Positions 1-9,063 of a DNA stretch of 64,000 nucleotides are shown here, one piece after another. Below the pieces are notes generated by a model. The model ran no database searches. It was not told the DNA's origin and saw nothing but the letters and a program-made list of their open reading frames with translations. Position numbers and translations under genes: made by a program. The stretch spans positions 11,866 to 75,865 of the forward strand of contig CAXXSM010000160.1 in NCBI GenBank assembly GCA_963663405.2, read 5' to 3'. Within the stretch, counting starts at the first letter, position 1. Every line of letters starts with the position of its first letter. This DNA comes from a bacterium (GTDB lineage Bacteria > Hinthialibacterota > Hinthialibacteria > Hinthialibacterales > Hinthialibacteraceae).

Positions 1-185
1 GGGGCGAACGAGCCCTGGATGGAACCGATCGCCTGGCTGAATTTCACAAGGTCAAGTGTGGAGAGGGAAAAGAGGAGCACGAAAAAACAGAGTAATAAAG
101 ACATCATGTCGGAAAATGTGCACATCCATTCCGGCGCTCCGCCTCCACCGCCTTCATCACCTTTTTTTTTCTTTCTTGATGACAT
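1..185 (-). CDS. motB: Flagellar stator protein MotB, second paralogue (N-terminal part only; runs off the window edge)
   Basis: Not in the ORF track. Manual translation from ATG at 185 gives MSSRKKKKGDEGGGGGAPEWMCTFSDMMSLLLCFFVLLFSLSTLD..., the MotB W-x-x-T-F-x-D-x-x-x-L-L transmembrane signature. It starts 4 nt after the stop of the upstream motB. Confidence 0.9.
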   Translation of the reverse strand, partial: MSSRKKKKGDEGGGGGAPEWMCTFSDMMSLLLCFFVLLFSLSTLDLVKFSQAIGSIQGSFA

Positions 186-189
186 CTGC

Positions 190-1002
190 TCATCTCCGCT
201 CTTGAGGGGATTCTTCGATCAGCCCTGGGGCTAATAAAGGGGTACGGGGGTTTCTGACGGTCGAATCCCGGAAAAACGGACCATCGCCGTCATCCGTTTG
301 TATTAGAGTGATCTCTACCCGCCGGTTTAAGGAGCGGCCGATTTTCGTTGTGTTGTCTGTATCAGGAAGTGGATGGAACGAGCCGAAGGATTCGTATGTG
401 ATCTGCTTCGGTGACAACTGCCCCCATTCGGAACCGAACTGAATCATGTATTTCATCACTTCGTAGGCGCGCTCCGCTCCTAGAATCCAATTCTCATCCA
501 CTTCTCCCGTTGGATCAGTATGGCCTGCGATCGTAATGGGATTCAGTGGGAATTGGATCAATTCCTGTGCGATAAATTTGAGCGCGACAATGGCTTCGGC
601 TTTCAACTCCGCTTTCCCTGCATCGAACAGCGCGTCGCCGCTCAGACGGAAAGTGACGCCTAATTCTGTCCCCGTCACTTGAATGACATTCTGCAAGTTC
701 ATGGATCGAACCCGTCTCGCTTCCTCCCGGCGGAGTTCTTCCTTGGCGAAGGATTGCTTGCGGACGGGTTGATGGGGACGGGACATCTCTTCTTTGGGGG
801 ATTTGTCTGGAATGTTCTGTGAAATATAGGGCGCGGGAAGCCCCCCGAACGCCGCGCGCAGGGAACCCGCCGCTTCAATCAACTTTTTTTTCTCAATGTT
901 TGACATCGAGAATAAAAGCACAAAGAAGCATAACAGCAGGGACATCATGTCCGAGAACGTGCACATCCATTCCGGCGCGCCGCCACCTTCATCATCCGCC
1001 AT
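190..1002 (-). CDS. motB: Flagellar stator protein MotB (OmpA-like peptidoglycan-binding domain)
   Basis: WMCTFSDMMSLLLCFFVLL TM motif with the conserved Asp; GHTD, NWILGAERA and NRRVEI OmpA-like motifs; follows motA. Confidence 0.95.
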   Translation of the reverse strand: MADDEGGGAPEWMCTFSDMMSLLLCFFVLLFSMSNIEKKKLIEAAGSLRAAFGGLPAPYISQNIPDKSPKEEMSRPHQPVRKQSFAKEELRREEARRVRSMNLQNVIQVTGTELGVTFRLSGDALFDAGKAELKAEAIVALKFIAQELIQFPLNPITIAGHTDPTGEVDENWILGAERAYEVMKYMIQFGSEWGQLSPKQITYESFGSFHPLPDTDNTTKIGRSLNRRVEITLIQTDDGDGPFFRDSTVRNPRTPLLAPGLIEESPQERR

Positions 1003-1081
1003 TTGTTTTCTCTTTTTTTATATCGTGTCTAATTCCTTAAACAGGAATGATAAATTGTTGATCGAAATCGTGATTCGGTTA

Positions 1082-1846
1082 TTAATCATCCCGTGGGGGA
1101 CGAATGTTAGGTGGCAGAAACGCCAACAACTTTTGTTCGAGAATCCGGGGGTTATCACCGGCCTGAATTGACATAACGCCCTCGATCGCCACTTCCTTCA
1201 CCAGGATTTCGTCTTGAGATTTCACTTTTAGTTTGCCTTCGATGGGGATAAAGGCGACATTCGCCAAGACCGCTCCATAAAAAGTCGTCAAGAGCGCGAC
1301 CGCCATTGAAGGGCCGATGGTTGAAGGATCTTCGAGGTTTTGAAGCATATTGACCAAACCGATGAGAGTGCCGATCATCCCCATCGCGGGAGCGATTGAG
1401 CCCATGAAACTGAATATCTTCTGCCCGTTGCGATGTCGTTCTTCGATAAACGCCAATTCCGTCTGGAGAATGTCTTTAATCAATTCCGGTTCGACGCCAT
1501 CGACGGCTAGACGCAGCCCCGAACGGATAAAATCATCCTCCACTTCATCCATTGAACCTTCCAGCGCGAGGATCCCTTCCCGCCGGGCGCGTTCGGCGAA
1601 TGAAACCAGTGTGCTGACTGTGTCCAGGGGAGAGTGATCCTTCTGGAAAAATGCGTTCATCGCCACTCCCGGCGCCCCCATCACGATCTGCAAGGGAAAA
1701 CAGACCAGGGTGGTTCCTATTGTTCCCCCGATCACGATACAGATCGATGGTGGATCGATAAACGAGCCCAGGCTTCCACCTAACAAGATGCCCGTGACAA
1801 TCAATCCAGACGCGAGAACCAATCCAACGATTGTCGCAATATCCAT
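1082..1846 (-). CDS. motA: Flagellar stator protein MotA/PomA
   Basis: MDIATIVGL start, ARREGILALE, APAMGMIGTLIGLV, ALLTTFYG and GDNPR motifs. Confidence 0.96.
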   Translation of the reverse strand: MDIATIVGLVLASGLIVTGILLGGSLGSFIDPPSICIVIGGTIGTTLVCFPLQIVMGAPGVAMNAFFQKDHSPLDTVSTLVSFAERARREGILALEGSMDEVEDDFIRSGLRLAVDGVEPELIKDILQTELAFIEERHRNGQKIFSFMGSIAPAMGMIGTLIGLVNMLQNLEDPSTIGPSMAVALLTTFYGAVLANVAFIPIEGKLKVKSQDEILVKEVAIEGVMSIQAGDNPRILEQKLLAFLPPNIRPPRDD

Positions 1847-1879
1847 GAGATAGTGTCTCCCCGCCGCGATGGATGACGA

Positions 1880-2074
1880 TCAATTGATCCGGTTTTCAAA
1901 TATCGTCTTTTTATATTGGATACACTTGTCTTTCACTTCGTCAACCGGTTCGCGGACTATATATTTTCGGCCCGTCACCAGGGTTACTATCGTATCTGGT
2001 GTAGACTCGATCGTTTCTATTAATTCAGAATTGAGAACGAACTGCGTTCCGTTTAATTTTGTTAGCTGGATCAC
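1880..2074 (-). CDS. flbD: Flagellar protein FlbD family
   Basis: GTG start at 2074 behind an AGGAG RBS gives MIQLTKLNGTQFVLNSELIETIESTPDTIVTL, the FlbD signature, in the usual position between flgE and motA. The frame is open upstream to ATG 2206. Confidence 0.9.
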   Translation of the reverse strand: MIQLTKLNGTQFVLNSELIETIESTPDTIVTLVTGRKYIVREPVDEVKDKCIQYKKTIFENRIN

Positions 2075-2370
2075 TCCCGTTCTCCTAAAAGGGATTCCCG
2101 GAAGATACTTCTTGATCTCTTCCTCCGGAATGGGCCGCATGAATTGTTGTTCCAGTTCTATACGGATTCGTTGAATGCGATCTTCATCCACTGGATCAAG
2201 ATTCATGAAACCGCGCCCTTTTCTCTTTGCAATGACGCCGGGATGATCAGAAATCCATCCCCGGCGCTCTATTCATTGTATGACGAAACGGCCAAAAGCC
2301 GAATACCAAATATAGGCTATTTGAAAGGGATAATTTTTTCTCTGCTGGTAATGAGTCATTCCTCTTTCTG

Positions 2371-2406
2371 AAAAAACAGCCGGAGAATCTTTCCCTTCTC
2401 CGGCTG
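2371..2406 (-). terminator. Intrinsic terminator downstream of flgE
   Basis: Minus strand reads CAGCCGGAGAA-gggaaaga-TTCTCCGGCTG followed by T6 (11-bp perfect stem). Confidence 0.8.
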
Positions 2407-2451
2407 TGGCATGCGTATGAAATATACTCTATCTTAAAGCGATATTTGAGA

Positions 2452-5400
2452 TTAACGCTTCAGGTTTACAACTTCCGTAAGAATTTGGTCACCCGTTGTT
2501 ATGATACGTGAATTGGCTTGATAGGCCCGCTGCGCGATAATTAAATTCGTGAATTCTTCCGCCAGATCCACGTTGGAGAGTTCCAGCGCGCCCGAATTGA
2601 TGGATCCGGTTTCCACGTCCGGTTCTTTGTAGTAGAAATCACCCGAATTGGGACCGAGTGTAAACATGGTCGAACCTTGTTGGATCAATCCGCCTTCATT
2701 GGTGACTGTGCCCAGCAGCACTTGTCCCATAGTCTTTGTGTCACCGTTCGTGAACACGCCGAGGATTTCTCCATTGGACGCGATGCTGACATTGTCCAGA
2801 TAGCCAACCGCCCGTCCATTCTGATACTGCAGCTGCGCGGTGTTTTTGGAACTGTACTGAGTTATTCCTGTCAGGTCCAAATCAAAGGTGATCTGATCCA
2901 CACCGCCGTCTTCCGGATCGCCGTCGTCGGGATCGAAACTGATTTGTGGACTGCCGCTGACATTGTCATACCTTTCGAATCGGCCCTCGGAATTAAAGAT
3001 CAATGTCCCTGTCGTTCCACTGGGAGTTTCCCGGCTGTCGTTCGGGACGACGACCTGATAGTTGACCGTATTCCGTGTCGTTCCATCTTTGTGAATGGTG
3101 TTGGTGGTAAAGGGATCGGAGTCGGTGGATTTGGCTACAACTCCGATAGGAACGCCTTCTGTGCGTTCACCCGCTTCGATGGCGCCATCGTTGTCAACAT
3201 CCTGCGCGATCCCATAGCCCTGCTGGTTGAACAACGCCATGAACGCGCTGGTTTCTGGCGTGAACGCTTGATACTCATTGAACCGGGATTCCGTCATTGC
3301 GTCCGCATTGGATAAGGTTCCCGAACTGAGCGCGACCAATTGAACTCCGGAATCGTCAATCCCCGTTGGGAATGTATCGGGTGGATTGGAGCGAGGATCG
3401 CCATCCACGACGAAATTCCCATCCGCGTCGACGATTTCATAATCGTTATTACCGATCTGGAAGGCTTCATTCAGATCACCGAATGGATCGGCCGTGCGAA
3501 TAAATCCGGTTACGCCTCCCCCGTCTGTGTAATCGCTGTCTTCTTTCTGGTCCGCGAGATCATCCGCTGTGCTCGTCGCATTGGTCCCCGGTGAGACGGT
3601 GCTGACGCGCACGGAGCGGGTCAAAGCGGCCAGGTCGAGGACCATTCCCAGTTTGTCTTCTCCACCGGCCTGCGCCGCCAGGGCCGCCGCTTCTGTTTCA
3701 TCCGCGCCATCCGCCGCCGCGCCCAGGCTGCCCCCAGTTGATTGGAATTCAAAACTGCCGTCATCGTTCAAGACGACTTTGATTTCAACGGTGTCATCCG
3801 AGACTGCGAATCCACCTTTGTCGGCGACGGAAATGATGCCTGCAAGATTCGAATTCGTCCCGTTTAGATTTTCTAAATTGTCTTTCACTTGCTGGATTGA
3901 AGTGTTAATGCGGTTTTCCAGGGCGGAACGGATATCTTCCAACGTTGTGGATTCGGTGAAGCCTTCATCACCTAACAATCCACCTTTAATGTTTGTGCCG
4001 CCTTCCTCTTCCGACAAGGTGCGGGGGATATTCAAAAATGAGTCACCCGTGATGTCCAATCCAGCGGCTTCGATTTCGGCGTTGATTGTTCCATTGGCTT
4101 CGATGAGAGAATTGAACTCGTTGCCATTGAACGAAATCGCGCCGTCCGACAACCGGATGGCGATTAGATTATCATTCGCGTCCGTGAAGGAGTAAACACC
4201 CTGTGTGGCGACGATATTGTTGACTTGTGTGGCTGTGTAGACGGCTGTGTTATCGTCGCTTTCCAGTTTCACTTCACTGTATGTGATTGCGGGAGGAACC
4301 ACTCCATCTGGAATTAAGAAACGGCCTTCACTATCTTTAAGTTCACTGATTAATGTCGTGCTCTCCGCGGCCGGCGCTTCGGTATCCGCCGCAAGTCCAA
4401 CGCTGACCGTATGGGAATTGCCTTGTGTGTCATATACATCAATCGATGTCGTTGTATCCGCTTCCCGCAGCTGATTGGTGTTTACTTTCGTTTCGCCGGC
4501 CACGTTGAGTGTTTTGGTAAAATCGGGATCGCCGCTGTTCACAAAGAGATCGCCCACCAACCGGCTGGTTTCTGCCGGGGGCGTGTCTGAATTTTCACGG
4601 GGGGCTACGCCGATCCGGATTCCACTCAACGCGTCCTGACCAGTGTTGTTGAATTGAAACGAGCCCGTAGTGGAATCAAACGTCACATCGATGTCGCTGC
4701 TTGTCCCAGGATTTGTTTCTTCCATGACCGAGTTGAAGAAATCGCTCAAAGCGTTTTTTAAATCCTCGATTGTTGTCGTATCCGTGACAGTCAATATGGC
4801 GCCGTTTGCTTTGCCGGTGGATTGGCTGGTTGTTAAATCGATGGGCTCATTGATATTATCCGGTGGATTCGCTAGTTCAAGAAAACCTGTTTCAAATTGA
4901 ATAACATCGCCATTGACCAATCCAAACGGCGTGCCTCCGTCATCAAAGAGGCCCAGCAGGTTCGTGCTGCTTCTCGCGTAGGAGACCTGATTCACACTGC
5001 TGTCACTCTGCGGATCGCCGATGCGCGAATCGATATTGCCCTCCGCCCGGACCAGTGTCGTTTCCACTGGTTCGGATTCTTGATCGAAGTCGATTTGCAG
5101 CGGAACTTTATCATCCACCAGAACGCCGTTTTCGTCCGCCATGCGTCCGATGACGTAATAGCCGCTTCCAGGATCGACGAGGTAGCTTTCATTGTCCAAT
5201 GAAAAGCCACCTGCGCGGGTAAGAAATTCCTGGCCTGCGCCGTTTTTCAAAACAAAAAAGCCATTCCCTTCCACAGCAAGATCCAGGAGCCGTCCCGTTG
5301 TTTGGGAACTGCCCTGGGTGAATATGGTGTCGACGCTTCCCATCCTCACGCCATAGCCGATCTGATCTGGATTGACGCCACCACGGGCGTCAGTCGCTCC

Positions 5401-5562
5401 CTGGCCATAATTTAGAGTTTGGTAAAAGATATCGTCGAAGGACGCGCGTCCCGCCTTGAAACCGGTTGTGTTGACATTGGCGATGTTATTACTGATAACA
5501 TCGATCCCATGCCCCATGGCCGTCAGGCCCGTTAAGCCAACAAACATTGAACGAACTGTCAT
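2452..5562 (-). CDS. flgE: Flagellar hook protein FlgE, unusually long (1036 aa)
   Basis: N-terminal ISNNIANVNTTGFK, LDLAVEGNGFF and TRAGGF motifs; C-terminal GALELSNVDLAEEFTNLIIAQRAYQANSRIITT; lies downstream of flgD. Confidence 0.95.
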   Translation of the reverse strand: MTVRSMFVGLTGLTAMGHGIDVISNNIANVNTTGFKAGRASFDDIFYQTLNYGQGATDARGGVNPDQIGYGVRMGSVDTIFTQGSSQTTGRLLDLAVEGNGFFVLKNGAGQEFLTRAGGFSLDNESYLVDPGSGYYVIGRMADENGVLVDDKVPLQIDFDQESEPVETTLVRAEGNIDSRIGDPQSDSSVNQVSYARSSTNLLGLFDDGGTPFGLVNGDVIQFETGFLELANPPDNINEPIDLTTSQSTGKANGAILTVTDTTTIEDLKNALSDFFNSVMEETNPGTSSDIDVTFDSTTGSFQFNNTGQDALSGIRIGVAPRENSDTPPAETSRLVGDLFVNSGDPDFTKTLNVAGETKVNTNQLREADTTTSIDVYDTQGNSHTVSVGLAADTEAPAAESTTLISELKDSEGRFLIPDGVVPPAITYSEVKLESDDNTAVYTATQVNNIVATQGVYSFTDANDNLIAIRLSDGAISFNGNEFNSLIEANGTINAEIEAAGLDITGDSFLNIPRTLSEEEGGTNIKGGLLGDEGFTESTTLEDIRSALENRINTSIQQVKDNLENLNGTNSNLAGIISVADKGGFAVSDDTVEIKVVLNDDGSFEFQSTGGSLGAAADGADETEAAALAAQAGGEDKLGMVLDLAALTRSVRVSTVSPGTNATSTADDLADQKEDSDYTDGGGVTGFIRTADPFGDLNEAFQIGNNDYEIVDADGNFVVDGDPRSNPPDTFPTGIDDSGVQLVALSSGTLSNADAMTESRFNEYQAFTPETSAFMALFNQQGYGIAQDVDNDGAIEAGERTEGVPIGVVAKSTDSDPFTTNTIHKDGTTRNTVNYQVVVPNDSRETPSGTTGTLIFNSEGRFERYDNVSGSPQISFDPDDGDPEDGGVDQITFDLDLTGITQYSSKNTAQLQYQNGRAVGYLDNVSIASNGEILGVFTNGDTKTMGQVLLGTVTNEGGLIQQGSTMFTLGPNSGDFYYKEPDVETGSINSGALELSNVDLAEEFTNLIIAQRAYQANSRIITTGDQILTEVVNLKR

Positions 5563-5570
5563 TATTGTGT

Positions 5571-5721
5571 GACCTCCCTGTCGTAAAAAACTCGTTCATC
5601 CGTGAACGATATACCATCGGCCCCCAACCTGTTGGGGAGGAGAGAATCCTCTCTCGCTTGTCTTACCGTGGGCGCTGAACCAACCGGTTCCACCAGTCAA
5701 GTGCGCGGTTCGATCCATGAA
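5571..5721 (-). promoter_or_regulatory. flgE 5' leader with four GGA-loop hairpins (putative CsrA/RsmA sites)
   Basis: Minus strand: ttc-ATGGATC-gaa (5709-5721), gagaga-GGAT-tctctc (5640-5655), cgttc-ACGGAT-gaacg (5593-5608), and gac-AGGGAG-gtc overlapping the SD (5571-5582). Confidence 0.65.
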
Positions 5722-5767
5722 ACAGCGTTTCGCGCGTTCATTTCAACTCCGCTTTGTCTTCTATAGT

Positions 5768-6178
5768 TCAATTCTTGGACATAACAATTGTACTGTCTAT
5801 ATCCGTAATAAAATGATCTCCACTTTCCATTTGATTCATCGCTGACATAACAGTGCGGGTATCCACATTCACGATAAACGCTTTGTCATCGAGCAGCACA
5901 AGCGATTCATGCGCGCCTTTTTTCTTCGCTATATCCAGCGCCTTATCCAATTGCTTTATATCGTTTTGACTGAGTTTGATTCCTTGATTGGCTACACTGG
6001 ATTTGGCTTTTCCCGAAAACCGCACGTCCACGCCGGATGGATTGATCGTCTTGGATAGGACATCGGCGAACTCTTCCCCGTTTTTGTTGACGGACCGCAT
6101 GGCGACGGTTGACGATTGAAGAAAGTCTGTGATCGAGGGGGAAATCATCCCCGCCGCGGGTATATTGATAGGAGTCAT
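5768..6178 (-). CDS. Flagellar operon protein, TIGR02530-like family
   Basis: VRFSGKA...GIKLS...A.KKGAHESLVLLDDKAFIVNV..RTV...FITDIDS pattern and position between flgD and flgE. Confidence 0.85.
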   Translation of the reverse strand: MTPINIPAAGMISPSITDFLQSSTVAMRSVNKNGEEFADVLSKTINPSGVDVRFSGKAKSSVANQGIKLSQNDIKQLDKALDIAKKKGAHESLVLLDDKAFIVNVDTRTVMSAMNQMESGDHFITDIDSTIVMSKN

Positions 6179-6843
6179 TCTTCGCCGCCTCCTTCAAAAA
6201 CAGCCTGGACCGCGCCCATTTCCACAGGTTGTCCGTTGACTGTCAACACGGGAATTCCATCGTAATAGGACACGCCATCCACCGTGCCTCGCAGGTAAGG
6301 AGTGTATTCCGTCCGGTCTCCTTCACTGTCTATCGAAGAGAGGATTTGAATGCTGTAAATCCCCGCCGGTAAAACATCTCCCTGCGAATCCCGGCCGTCG
6401 AATGTGTATTCCTGCTGCCCGGATGGAACGGTAACAACATCGGTGAATACAGTGGTTCCCGAATCGGTCTTTACCTGAATAGTCACATCGCCATCCTGTT
6501 CGGCGTTATAGATAAACGTCTGCTCGTCGCCCGGTTCGAAATAAAATTCGTCTTGCGCGACTACGACCTCTTTGCCGATCAAGGACAACGCGTCAGTCTG
6601 CATTGTCGATTCCACGGTAGCAATCAAGTCTTCGAGCAACTGCGTTTGGTTGGTCTCTTGTTCGAGTGAGCTGAAAACGGCTAGTTCGGAAATGAATTCC
6701 TGGTTCTCCACTGGATTTAAGGGATCCTGATTCTGCAATTGGGCCACCAGCAGTGTAAGGAAATCTTCCTGACTCACTTGCGCGTCATTTGTGACGGATG
6801 AAGGGCTTGCCGCGCTGGACACGCTTGATGTTTCTGCGATCAT
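6175..6843 (-). CDS. flgD: Flagellar hook capping protein FlgD
   Basis: EDFLTLLVAQLQNQDPLNP and ELAVFSSLEQ motifs, C-terminal FDGRD..G.Y Ig-like segment. Confidence 0.95.
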   Translation of the reverse strand: MIAETSSVSSAASPSSVTNDAQVSQEDFLTLLVAQLQNQDPLNPVENQEFISELAVFSSLEQETNQTQLLEDLIATVESTMQTDALSLIGKEVVVAQDEFYFEPGDEQTFIYNAEQDGDVTIQVKTDSGTTVFTDVVTVPSGQQEYTFDGRDSQGDVLPAGIYSIQILSSIDSEGDRTEYTPYLRGTVDGVSYYDGIPVLTVNGQPVEMGAVQAVFEGGGEE

Positions 6844-6867
6844 GATCCATTCCCTGCCTTTTCTGAT

Positions 6868-9063
6868 TTAGAAGAAATAATCCATCGCGGACAACCGCTC
6901 GTTCCAGCGTCCCGGATTGTATGGAGAGCGTTCATTTTCCTGATCCCGCCCTTTCTGTTTGGACTGCCCGTTATCTTCACCGCCGGATTTCGTATAGCGT
7001 CCGGACGAACGGGCGTCCTTATCTTGTTCTTGATATTTCATATCAAATGTGTCTCGTGAGATGACTAATCGGTCCACTTTGATTCCCTGCTCGTCAAATG
7101 CGGCGCGCAGGGAAGAAAGATTCTGTTCCAGCAAAGCTTTTGTGCTCTCATGCTGTGCGGTGATCTGCGCGCTTAAAATATTGTTGGCCATCTTCAACTG
7201 GATAGATACCCGGCCCAGCGATTCGGGAACGAGTTGGATATTCACATGACTCCGGCCCGATCCGAGACTTCCATTGACAGAGCGAACGATCTGCCGCGCC
7301 GCCATTTCTTGGTGTTTCGCCACATCATCGGCGAATTGCTGCGCGTTGGATGGTTGTGAGGTTTCGGTTTGCGCAGCACGTGTATACTGCGCCGTCTCCT
7401 GCGCTCCAGTTTGTATGGGGGAAGCGTTCGTGATGGTCTGGGTGGACGGCGGCGTGGATTCCGGCGCGGGTTTGGGCGGCGTCTTCGCCAATTGACTGTC
7501 GTTCATGTTCTCCAGCGCCGTTCGATCGAGACTCAGCTGCGCCTGCGTCCGGACGATAGAACTCTCTTGGTCCAAACTGCGGGATACTTGAATGCTCGAT
7601 TCGTTCATCTGTAACGAATTTAAAACGTTTGTTGGTTTCGTCTTCTTGGATTCTTGGGATTGCGTGGCCTCAACTTTGACACTTGCTTCAGAATCCGTTT
7701 TGTTCTTCCGCGCGGGGATTTCGATTTCGAGTAATTCTGTTTTGGTTTTTTGCAGTAATTCACTCAGTTTAAAAAGGAGAGGCTTTTGTTCTTTCTCTCC
7801 GTTTTCCGTCCCTCCCTCCGGAAGATCTTCTGGATCGATGTAAAAGAGGATTTCCGGTTCTTGTTCCAGCGTAGTGACGTTCACTCGCGAGGAGTTCTGA
7901 GTTTGAGTTTTTTGTACTTGGGCGCCGCTGTAAGTGGAAATGTCTTTTTCTAGAGGAGTGGATAGAGTGTTTTCTTCATTTACCCGATCAAATTGTCCTT
8001 CAACCTGTGTGGGGGTAGAAGGATTTGCAGTAGTCTCTTTTGTATTACTGGATTGTGTCGATGAATTCAAAGAGGAATTCACCTTTTGAGATACATTTCG
8101 GTTGTTAGCCGAGACTGGTTTCTGTTCACTTTTTTTTGTGTCAATGTTTTGTTCTTCCGTAACGTTTTGCTCTTCTGTCTCTTTAGGTTCAATCTCAAAT
8201 TGTACTTTCACTTGCTGTGTTTTGGATGGATCTATGTCATCAATTTGGTGTTGTTTCGTCTTTGATTGATTTCCTTCTAGTTTTTCTTTTGAATGGTTCG
8301 ATTTTGTTGGTTTTTCATTAATGTCAGTTTTTGGAGTATCAATATCTTTTGCAGTTTCTGTGTCTATTATAGCTTCCAATTTGATATTCGTTGTTTGAAC
8401 GATTGGTTTGTCTGAAGCCGTTTCTAATTTTTTTCTAGTCTGATCGATGATTGAATCGTTTTGGTTCTGTTTTTCTGTTTCTATTATTGTATCGCCGCTG
8501 GATTTGAGATTGTTTTTTCGATCATAATTCGAATCTTCATCTGTGTTTGCGCTGCTTTTTTGTGTTTTGGATAGATCTATAGTTTTAACTTCATCAATCT
8601 CACTAGCTTGTAAGACGAGAGAAAGTTTGTTTGTAGTATTATCTTGGATTTTCGATTTGTTCTTCAATATGGCGTTGTTAGTTTCAAGCGTATCCGTTTG
8701 TTCGGTTTGTTTGGTTGCTTGAATGTCAGAATCGTTTGTCTTTAGATTGATTATGTTTGCGTTTGTATTTTCAGTTTTAAAAGAATAATGAATTGTTGGA
8801 TTCTTTTCAGGTTTTTCTTGATCGATCGATTTAGCCGCTGACTTTGATGGAAGTGTTTCCAGTTCTTCTTCCAGAACCACTTCATCAGTTTCGCTCGTTG
8901 TTGTTTGATTTGTGGGAACTTGTTTGGATATGGCCGATTCAAAATTCTCAACGAGATTTTTCTGTGGCTCAACCGGCGCCTTTTTCATTGATGCGGTATG
9001 TCTTTCATCCGTATCTTCGGTCTTCGTATTGTCCGAAGTTTTGTGGATTGAATTGCTTTTCAC
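6868..9063 (-). CDS. fliK: Flagellar hook-length control protein FliK (C-terminal portion; probably continuous with 9060-9884)
   Basis: Long low-complexity K/T/E/Q/S-rich region followed by the FliK C-terminal domain IQLVPESLGRVSIQL...LEQNLSSLRAAFDEQGI; lies upstream of flgD. Confidence 0.85.
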   Translation of the reverse strand: MKSNSIHKTSDNTKTEDTDERHTASMKKAPVEPQKNLVENFESAISKQVPTNQTTTSETDEVVLEEELETLPSKSAAKSIDQEKPEKNPTIHYSFKTENTNANIINLKTNDSDIQATKQTEQTDTLETNNAILKNKSKIQDNTTNKLSLVLQASEIDEVKTIDLSKTQKSSANTDEDSNYDRKNNLKSSGDTIIETEKQNQNDSIIDQTRKKLETASDKPIVQTTNIKLEAIIDTETAKDIDTPKTDINEKPTKSNHSKEKLEGNQSKTKQHQIDDIDPSKTQQVKVQFEIEPKETEEQNVTEEQNIDTKKSEQKPVSANNRNVSQKVNSSLNSSTQSSNTKETTANPSTPTQVEGQFDRVNEENTLSTPLEKDISTYSGAQVQKTQTQNSSRVNVTTLEQEPEILFYIDPEDLPEGGTENGEKEQKPLLFKLSELLQKTKTELLEIEIPARKNKTDSEASVKVEATQSQESKKTKPTNVLNSLQMNESSIQVSRSLDQESSIVRTQAQLSLDRTALENMNDSQLAKTPPKPAPESTPPSTQTITNASPIQTGAQETAQYTRAAQTETSQPSNAQQFADDVAKHQEMAARQIVRSVNGSLGSGRSHVNIQLVPESLGRVSIQLKMANNILSAQITAQHESTKALLEQNLSSLRAAFDEQGIKVDRLVISRDTFDMKYQEQDKDARSSGRYTKSGGEDNGQSKQKGRDQENERSPYNPGRWNERLSAMDYFF

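Noticed and set aside
85-995. Near-duplicate DNA at ~85-155 and ~905-995 as a mobile-element direct repeat
   Set aside because: Explained by the conserved TM segment of two motB paralogues, with differences at synonymous positions.
2677-5202. Several 70-210 aa plus-strand ORFs opposite flgE, and similar shadow ORFs opposite recG, the giant gene, lysA and glgP
   Set aside because: Antisense or alternate-frame shadows of well-supported genes, without RBS or recognisable motifs.
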